Under the pieces are notes generated by a model. The model was not told the origin of the DNA and did not search any database. It saw nothing but the letters and a program-made list of their open reading frames with translations. This document shows, piece after piece, positions 56,306-64,000 of a stretch of 64,000 nt of DNA. Numbering within the stretch: the first letter of the stretch is position 1; every line of letters begins with the position of its first letter. Both the position numbers and the translations under genes were made by a program. Source of the stretch: Octopus sinensis (taxonomy: Eukaryota); assembly GCF_006345805.1 (NCBI RefSeq), contig NC_042997.1:5518001-5582000 (forward strand), in the 5' to 3' direction.

Positions 56306-57091
56306 TATGTGAAATAGAAAGATGAATAATCTTGTTGTAGATTAATCAAAAGTTAACCGATACCTTAGTAGCAAAAATCACAGCAGTAAACAGCACGGTT
56401 GGAGGTACAACCATCTGGCGTTGCAACCGCGTGGTGCGGATAATTGAAATTAAAACATTATGGTGAATTGAAGAAATGGAGCTGAACGCAGATTGAACAG
56501 AAATCGTTTTATTTCATTCTACACGTGTTTCGAAAGGCACAAATTACCAAAATCCGATTGAATAATGGGACCATATTGTGTCTTTCTCTCAGGAAGAAAA
56601 GAGGAAATCCGTTAGAGAAACAAAAACAGAACAGAGGCGGAGCAAAAACCAAATCGAACTATGCTCCTAAAGCCCATGGCGAAACTGTTATCAGTATGCT
56701 GAGAACCGGTGGCTGAAGAATTCTACAGGTCAGGCATCGGTCAATCATGTGGGTGAGGGTGTATAGATGTTCTTAGTGACCAGAATAAAGTTCTGACTAT
56801 TTAAGGAATATTGGATGTTTTATAAGGGGCGAGAAAAAATCTACTTAGGACGTGTGTGTGTGTATACTGTTCTATATATGTGTGTGTGGTGGCGTAGTAG
56901 GGGTAGAAAACATTTTTTGTGTACGTGTGGCGTTTGATCGTTCGCTGTCAGTGGCTACTGCCGTGATAACCGTTGGGGGCAGAAAGAAAAAAATATTATA
57001 TATTATGTTTTATGTGTTGTGTGTTCATCTGAGCCTGCCTTGTCAAGGAAACCCCCGCTGTGAAAAACCAAGCCCCGTTTGTCTTACAGGA

Positions 57092-57124
<33 letters not shown>

Positions 57125-57275
57125 TGGTAGACAGTTTCTGTCTACCAAATCCACTCACAAAGCTTTAGTTGGCGCGATACTATAGTGCAAGGAAAAACAC
57201 TGTCCCATAATAACACAGGATCAAGTGGTTGTGAAGCAAAGTTCATACCACAGAGCCACACCTATGCAACTCTCT
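56090..57275 (-). mobile_element. SINE family B split at its central microsatellite by a ~820 bp PLE-like insert (56305-57120)
   Basis: 3' half at 56090-56270 and 5' half at 57125-57275, same strand and correct order; insert bounded by (TA)n and carries a hammerhead-like motif at 56517-56595. Confidence 0.7.
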
Positions 57276-59387
57276 CTCTCTCTCTTTCTCTCTACCTCTC
57301 TTTCTCTCTCTCTCTTCTCTCTCCCTCTCTCTTTCTCTCTTTCTCTCTCTCTCTCTCTCTCGCAGTGCGAACAGAATGAGTAAGATTTACAGTATTTTTG
57401 AATTTTGAGAAAAAAAGGATATTTCTTTACAGATATGATCTTCATTATAAAAGCTCTATAAACCTAATCAAATGATCTCTAAATGCATTAAAAACACTAC
57501 AACATATTCAGAACGTTATTTCAGAAAATTATAACCGTTTTACTGCATCTTTAAAATAAATGCTATTGGCAGCCGAAAATAGCTTCACTTTAGACAAAAC
57601 TCTGAGTTAGCAAAGAACAGATTGACTCCCATATCAAGTCATGTTTGTACCATGTAAAATATATTTACATATATTGCACAATGATATACATGTATGTATG
57701 TGTGATGCATGTCTGTTGGGTCGGCTTGTGTGTATTACTGTTTGTATGAGTGTTTAAATATGCATTCATGTCAGCGTGCATATTGGTTTGTCACTGTGTA
57801 TTTTACATTTTAGAAATTAAATTTTTAGGCCTTTCTTAGGATTCGCGTCAGAAGTCAAATGTTTATTTTCCCTTCTGATAAAGAGACAAGACTTGTCTAT
57901 TACACCTGCGCTAGTGCTCAGAATTTATTTCGCTAACTAAAGGATGAAAGGCTAACTTGAACTTGATGACATATAAACTGAAAACTCCTGATGGCGATCG
58001 ATTAATTTTGGTATGGCTTATATTTATTTAACCGTAATGTTATTATACAAATGTCTATTTTATAAAAAATGAAGATGGTTTAATATATTTTAAGTAAGGC
58101 AAAGTCAAACCCATTTTGTCTATAAGAAGTGTGATATCATAATCTTTTAATATATTCATATTAGGAACTCTTCCAAGAAAACATGATTAACTATAGGAGA
58201 GCCAACAAAGCAACAACGAGATTTCACAGTTAAATCGAATGCAAGTCATTACTTCTAGCGAATAAAAGTGAATAAAATCCGCTGGGTTCTGGCGCTGAAT
58301 CGTCATATTGTATTCATTCTATGCTCAAACACTTGCGCATTTGACTGTAAATTGTTTTCAGTGATTGAATACATGCAGAAGTGCAGATTCATTTATAACA
58401 CCTTTGCATTATGCTGCATAACATAAAGCTACATTATCAACGCACAAATTGAATCGTATTTAAGATGGACCTTGTTACTGGGATCACACACTTGTGCTAC
58501 CATCTTTAGTTACTCAATATCACATACTGATAAGTGATATTTTCAACACTTTCCGGCAAGTGTTTGTTCATCAGGTACATGTATTATTTAAGCACAGCAG
58601 CCATAAAACAATGTACACACATATATAAACAGGCGTACACACACACACACAAACGAGCATTCACTTAAACAGTAAGACACAGTTTATTGATTACGTGTGT
58701 TTCGAATGGTAACACTGAAAACAGCGAGTCAAACAGAAAAGAGAATAGAAGTGATTCACAGTCATGATAAAGAGTACGCAGGGGGTGAGAGATAGGTGTG
58801 GCAGTAGGTGCAGAGTGAATGAGGGGTGGAACATAGGGGAAGTGGGAACGGGATGAGAGGTGACGGTCAGAGCAGGCTTCTTTTATTTTCCGTCTGCCAA
58901 TTCTACTCATAAGGCATTGGGCGGGCCCGAGGCTGTAACAGAAAACTGAACCCAGAATCATGTATTTGGAAAGTGAGCTTCTTATCACACACACACTTCA
59001 TGGCAAAAAATTCATCAAGGTATCTTTTTTATGTCATCCAAAGATTTGAAATTTTTTACAATTAAGACTATTCTGCAGGCACCTGAATAAGTGGAAATCC
59101 GAAGGAAGAATATCTGGATAATATGGAAAGTGGGGTAACACATCCCAGCCGAGCTGCAGCAATTTCTGTCTGGTTCCCAAAGCATCAAGTGCCGAAAATG
59201 AACTTTCTTATCTTCCGATTTAAAGGATTACAGAATTAACACAGGTTATAGGAACGTAAACCTTCTTCCGCGAAAAATAGCTTAAACTGTGCTCTAAATG
59301 GAGTTGTAGTCAAATTCTATTTTATGGACACAACCACGTTCGAAAATAAGTCGAAAGGTAAGCTACTATAAATCGGCACGAACTTAC

Positions 59388-59446
<59 letters not shown>

Positions 59447-60039
59447 TATATATATATATGTATATATATGTATATTTATGTATGTATATGTATATATTGT
59501 TTACACCTAACTCAAACTCTGGCCAATGGTCCCAAAGGGGCAACATCATGCTATATCAGTGGAATTATGTGGACCAGGATGAATTGTAATTGTAAATAAA
59601 GAAGAATTCGTTTTAAAAAGAAATTACACTTTCCTTGCTACTTTTCAGAAAGCAAGATGCTGTCAATTTAAGAATAGTATTTCTAATAACATTATTTGAC
59701 GTAATGCAGGGAAACTGCGAATGTTCTTCTTACGTGACGTGGAAACCAACCAAATAATCTCATTTATTCAAAAGATCAGTTAGCGTGACTCTTTATCGAT
59801 GCCTCAAGTGGGGGAAGTGAAACACAAATTCATGTTTGTTTTGTTTTTGTTTTCTTTGCAGTGCTTCCCGGTTCTTGATTTGTGATTGTACCACTTTCTA
59901 CATAATTAATTAATAAAATTCAAACTATGTGTGTTGTGCGGTAGTTTCTTTGTTTCCTACCTCTTCACCTACCTGCAAATATGAACATGTGTTTGTAAAT
60001 GTGTGCTTATGTGTGTGTGTGTGCATTTAGATACATATA

Positions 60040-60152
60040 TATTAGTATAACGCTCGGGAATTTGAAAAATTGTTTTACGTTTCAAGCCTACGCCCTTTCA
60101 CAGAAAGGAACAAAAAGAGAAACAAGAAGAGACAAAAATGTGTGTAGTGGCT

Positions 60153-60160
<8 letters not shown>
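60040..60160 (-). mobile_element. Degenerate copy of the Neptune terminal/hammerhead segment
   Basis: ttagtataacgctcgggaa...acgtttcaagcctacgccctttcacagaaag resembles 60657-60730. Confidence 0.65.
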
Positions 60161-60222
<62 letters not shown>

Positions 60223-60369
60223 GTCAATAATATATATTGGCAGCTATTTCTAAAAGTTCGGTGTGTGGTAAAGTAATTTTTTTTACTGAGCCTAATTATA
60301 TAACGATATATATATATATATGTATGTCTGTATGTATATATATATGTATATATATATATATATATATGT

Positions 60370-60570
60370 AGATCCCGGGTTAAGTCGGGGTTAACCACAG
60401 TAAATAAGGTATTCAATACATAGCAGAGTAAATTAATTTCTTTTATAGAAGGAGCTTCTGCAGGACTAGAACTGTTTCATTCAAAAGAAATCATCAGGAA
60501 GCTCATGCTGCCTGATGATTTATTTTGAATGAAACAGTTCTAGTCCTGTAGAAGGTCCTTCTATAAAATA
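60370..60570. mobile_element. Fold-back element (third family): arms 60441-60502 / 60507-60568, loop TCAT, plus extension
   Basis: Near-perfect inverted repeat; each arm contains CTGATGA-ttt(a/c)ttttgaat-GAAAC-ag...ct-G(T/C)A-gaag; (TA)n on both sides. Confidence 0.85.
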
Positions 60571-60693
60571 AATATATATATATATATATATATAACGGGA
60601 AGCTTTATGAAAATAAACAAAAGACGAAGGCAGGTGGAAAACAAACGAACAATTGTATTAGTATGGCGCTCAGGAAATATAAATAAAACAAGT

Positions 60694-60729
60694 CTTTAAC
60701 GTTTCGAGCCTACGCTCTTCAACAGAAAG
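60694..60729 (-). ncRNA. Ultra-minimal hammerhead motif at the Neptune 3' end
   Basis: cttt-CTGTTGA-a-gagc gtag gctc-GAAAC-GTT-aaag; stem I cttt/aaag, stem III reduced to the palindrome aacgtt; A6 position is U. Confidence 0.6.
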
Positions 60730-61610
60730 ATACACAAAGAGAGAAAAACACAGAAAGAAGGAGAGAAAAAAAATGCGTGCAGTAGCTAACGAATCAACAT
60801 GGCGATCTGATTTCGGCCAGAGGTCAAAGATCAAACATGAGACGCGAGAGCGAAATAAGGGGAGATAATAGGGTTGATAAAAGGGTTGAGGGACCAGCTA
60901 AAAGTGCGTGGAGGGGTCTGGATGTGTGTATGTATAGGGTTGGTGTATGTATTAGTATGTATAAGGGTGTGTGTGTGTGTGGTGTGTGTGTATGAGAGAG
61001 TATTAGTGCGTAAGATTGGTCTGGACGTGCGTATGTATGGGGTTGGTGTATGTATTAGTATGTATTAGTATGTATTAGTATGTATTAGTACGTATTGGTA
61101 TGTATAGGTGTGTGTGTGTGTGTGAGAGAGTATAAGTGCGTATGCGGGGTCTGGACGTGTGTATGTATAGGGTTGGTGTAATTATTAGTATGTACTAGTA
61201 TGTATTAGTACGTATAGTAAGTATTAGTTGGTGTGTGTATTAGTATGGCACATCATATGTGATGTGATGTGTAAAGTCGTGTGGTGTAGTGAGGAGAAGA
61301 GGGGGACGGGGAGAAGAGGGGGAGGGGGAGAAGAGGGGGAGAGAAGGGGAGGAGAAGAAGAGGGGGAGGAGAAGGGGGAGAGGAGAGGATGGGTAGAAGG
61401 AAGGGGATGAGGGGGATGAAGGAGGAAAGAGGGGGAGAGAGAGGGGGAGAGAGGGAGTGAGGGAGCAGAGGGAAGGGGAAGAGGGAGGGAGAAAGAGGGA
61501 AGAAAGGAAGGGGAGTAGGGGTGAAAGGATGAAGGACTGAAGAAGTAGGGGTCGGGGGGAGAAAGGATAGGTGAGGAGGGAGGGTGAGGTTAGTTGAGGA
61601 GGGGGGGAGA

Positions 61611-62019
61611 GTTGAGACCAAAATGGCGTATAAGAGCGAAGAGAGAAGATTAATTCCTGTTCACGGCGCAAACGGGGATCCGGATGGCCTCTGTGTAAGG
61701 ACAAACCGAACACAGATAGGTGTTGCAAGGAGTGACAGGTGGAGCGGAAATGGCGTGAGACCGGTGTGTCGTTCGCAAGGTGGATGTCACGAAGGTGTTC
61801 CGCGAACCGGTCAGCCAAGCGGCGTCCCGTTTGTCCGATGTACAAGGAATTGCAGAGAGAGCAAGAGATGCAATAGATAATATTGCTGGAGGTGCAGGTG
61901 AAGGAGTGGATGATGGGATAGGGTCGATGGTGGGTGCTAGTGAGGCGGGTGGTGTTGGAGAGGTAAGGGCAAGTGCGGCAACGTGGGCGGGAGCAGGGGA
62001 ACGAGCCGGGTTGGGAGGT
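61611..62019 (-). pseudogene. PLE Zn-linker plus GIY-YIG endonuclease fragment
   Basis: QPGSFPCSRPRCRTCPY...FTCTSSNIIYCISCSLCNSLYIGQTGRRLADRFAEHLRDI...RREQELIFSL; one extra base shifts the terminal PFGLN motif. Confidence 0.88.
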
Positions 62020-62028
62020 ATATATGCA

Positions 62029-62124
<96 letters not shown>

Positions 62125-62515
62125 ATATATACATATATGCATATATATTCATATATAATCTAAAATTAAGTTACTCGTAATTCAAGTCGCTAAACTCCAA
62201 CATATTTGAAGTAGGTAACCAGCTTAGAAAAACCAACTACTAAATAATTGTCATATTCACCCCCTCACCACATTTTACTTTTTTTTTCTGATGTAACACT
62301 CTGCCCTTTTAAACAGGGCCTCGATAAAATAAACAACTCATCGAGATTTGCCTTTCTAAGTGGTCATTCTATCTGACAGAAGTAGCAGCCAAATTTCGCT
62401 CAAGTCGTATCTTATCCTTCCAGGAATCATGTGATGCTTTTAACAAGACATTTGGAACGCACTTGGTGCATTTCTAGTGATAAGTCTGTTTGAATAGGTT
62501 GCTGGCCTCAGAATA

Positions 62516-62574
<59 letters not shown>

Positions 62575-62790
62575 TACTACTACTACTACTACTACTTCTA
62601 CTATTACTACTTCTAATACTACTACTTCTACTACTACTACTTTTACTACTACTACTACCACCACCACCACCACCACAATTACCACCGCCAACATCACTAC
62701 TACTACTACTACCACTACCTACACCACCACTGCTGCTGCTGTTACTACTACTACTACTACTACTACTACTAATACTAATACTAAAACTAC
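62516..62790. repeat. (CTA)n/(CCA)n/(CTG)n compound trinucleotide tract
   Basis: Direct tandem reading; source of the poly-T/L/P ORF. Confidence 0.95.
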
Positions 62791-64000
62791 TACTCTTATT
62801 GTTAGCATATGTAGTATTCTGTTGGGATTTGCATCATGACGAGCACGAATCTTAACATGCTATGCAATGAAAACACGCGGCATGAGGATTTCGAAGCGGT
62901 GCAGTAGCTTTTATATGAAATGTTGACGTTCTTGACGCATATTTTCCTAGTCCCTAACAAATAGAAATGAAAGTGTCTGTGTATATTCTTCCTTATTACA
63001 AATCTAATGATTACTCTTGATCCAATGACTCATACTTTAACATTTTGTTAATGATGAGAATGTATGAAAAAGATAAAAGCATTACTTGATATTTGCTAAC
63101 GAATACAGCGACTATATGATCAGTGCCTTACGCGAAATGTTAGCTAAACTTCATCAAATCGACTGCAGAATCATAAACTCAGAAAGAAAACTTTAGATAA
63201 TTTAGTTAGTGATTTGTAAAAAAAAAAACAAGGAAAGTAGTCAGAACGGAAGTATTTTGGGGCTGTAAATATCATCATAGTAATAAAAAACAAAAATAAT
63301 GACACTCTCTCTGAAAAATATAGTGAGAAGGTCACTAACGAAACCTCACACAACTGACATTCCAATGCATTATTATGAAATAGTATATAAAACGAAACCG
63401 GACTCTTCCTCAATATGAATAATCTTGGTCATCCATAGATAGTAGTAATTACAAAAGGAGACAGATTTGTTTCCCAGACACTTTCATTAACTTCTACACA
63501 CCACACACACACACACACACATATATGTATATATTTACATTATATTAATATTGTATTTCATTGAATTACTTAGTTATTGATAGAGAATGCATTCGAACAA
63601 GCTTGTGTTTCTCTTATAATAATATATATAGGATACGCATCCATTTTATTTTCTTGTAGGATTCTCATATTTTAAAATCAATGTGTATCTATATACTAGA
63701 AAAATTCAATATTCCAAATAGTACGCTTACACGTTTCCGTCTCTATTTCAAACATTGAGCTTATATTGTTCATTCGAGTACAAACAGCTCCTTTAACAAT
63801 ATGGTACATTTTGCCGGAATTTATGTATTTTCTGATGAAATTCAATATTTATACATTTCAAGGAATATATATTTCGGGAACCTGCCTGATCCTATCTTAA
63901 CAAAAGCTAGAAAACATTTATGAGATTCCCATTCTTAAAATTAATGCCGCTATAGTATGTTCTATAGTATATTAGTACACCTTCATGAAAGTTATAATTA

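Larger units (their letters stand above)
60595..62019 (-). mobile_element. Neptune-type Penelope-like element, 5'-truncated at a (TA)n
   Basis: Cys linker plus GIY-YIG coding segment, CT-rich tract, internal tandem repeats, hammerhead at 60694-60729; both ends abut (TA)n. Confidence 0.88.

Noticed and set aside
60910-61245. CRISPR-like repeat-spacer array
   Set aside because: Units are degenerate tandem minisatellites inside a PLE UTR, without unique spacers or cas genes; the host is eukaryotic.
61240-61610. Pro/Ser/Leu-rich C-terminal extension of the GIY-YIG ORF
   Set aside because: Read-through into the CT-rich UTR caused by a one-base insertion before the natural PFGLN end.

Overview
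AT-rich, microsatellite-saturated metazoan DNA with no confidently identifiable host gene. The SINE families and repeat style point to an octopus (cephalopod) intron or intergenic region (inference). Almost all ORFs in the track are microsatellite artefacts. Recognisable content is a layered transposon graveyard: three tRNA-headed SINE families (about 30 copies or fragments), a CR1/L2-group LINE RT ORF with an in-frame deletion of a catalytic motif, RTE and R4/Dong-like (RLE) LINE fragments, three mariner relics, two non-autonomous Helitrons, and several Penelope-like element (PLE) pieces, including a Neptune-type Cys-linker plus GIY-YIG fragment. The most striking signal, not visible in the ORF track, is a set of about 8 minimal type-I hammerhead ribozyme motifs from several unrelated sequence families. 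Four sit in long fold-back inverted repeats. Three of these share one architecture, (TA)n / ~55-80 nt single-copy extension / arm / 3-4 nt loop / inverted arm / (TA)n, so each strand carries a hammerhead next to its own antisense. Second is a SINE dimer whose internal junction falls at the same nucleotide at two loci. All identities are by-eye estimates; no database searches or folding programs were run.
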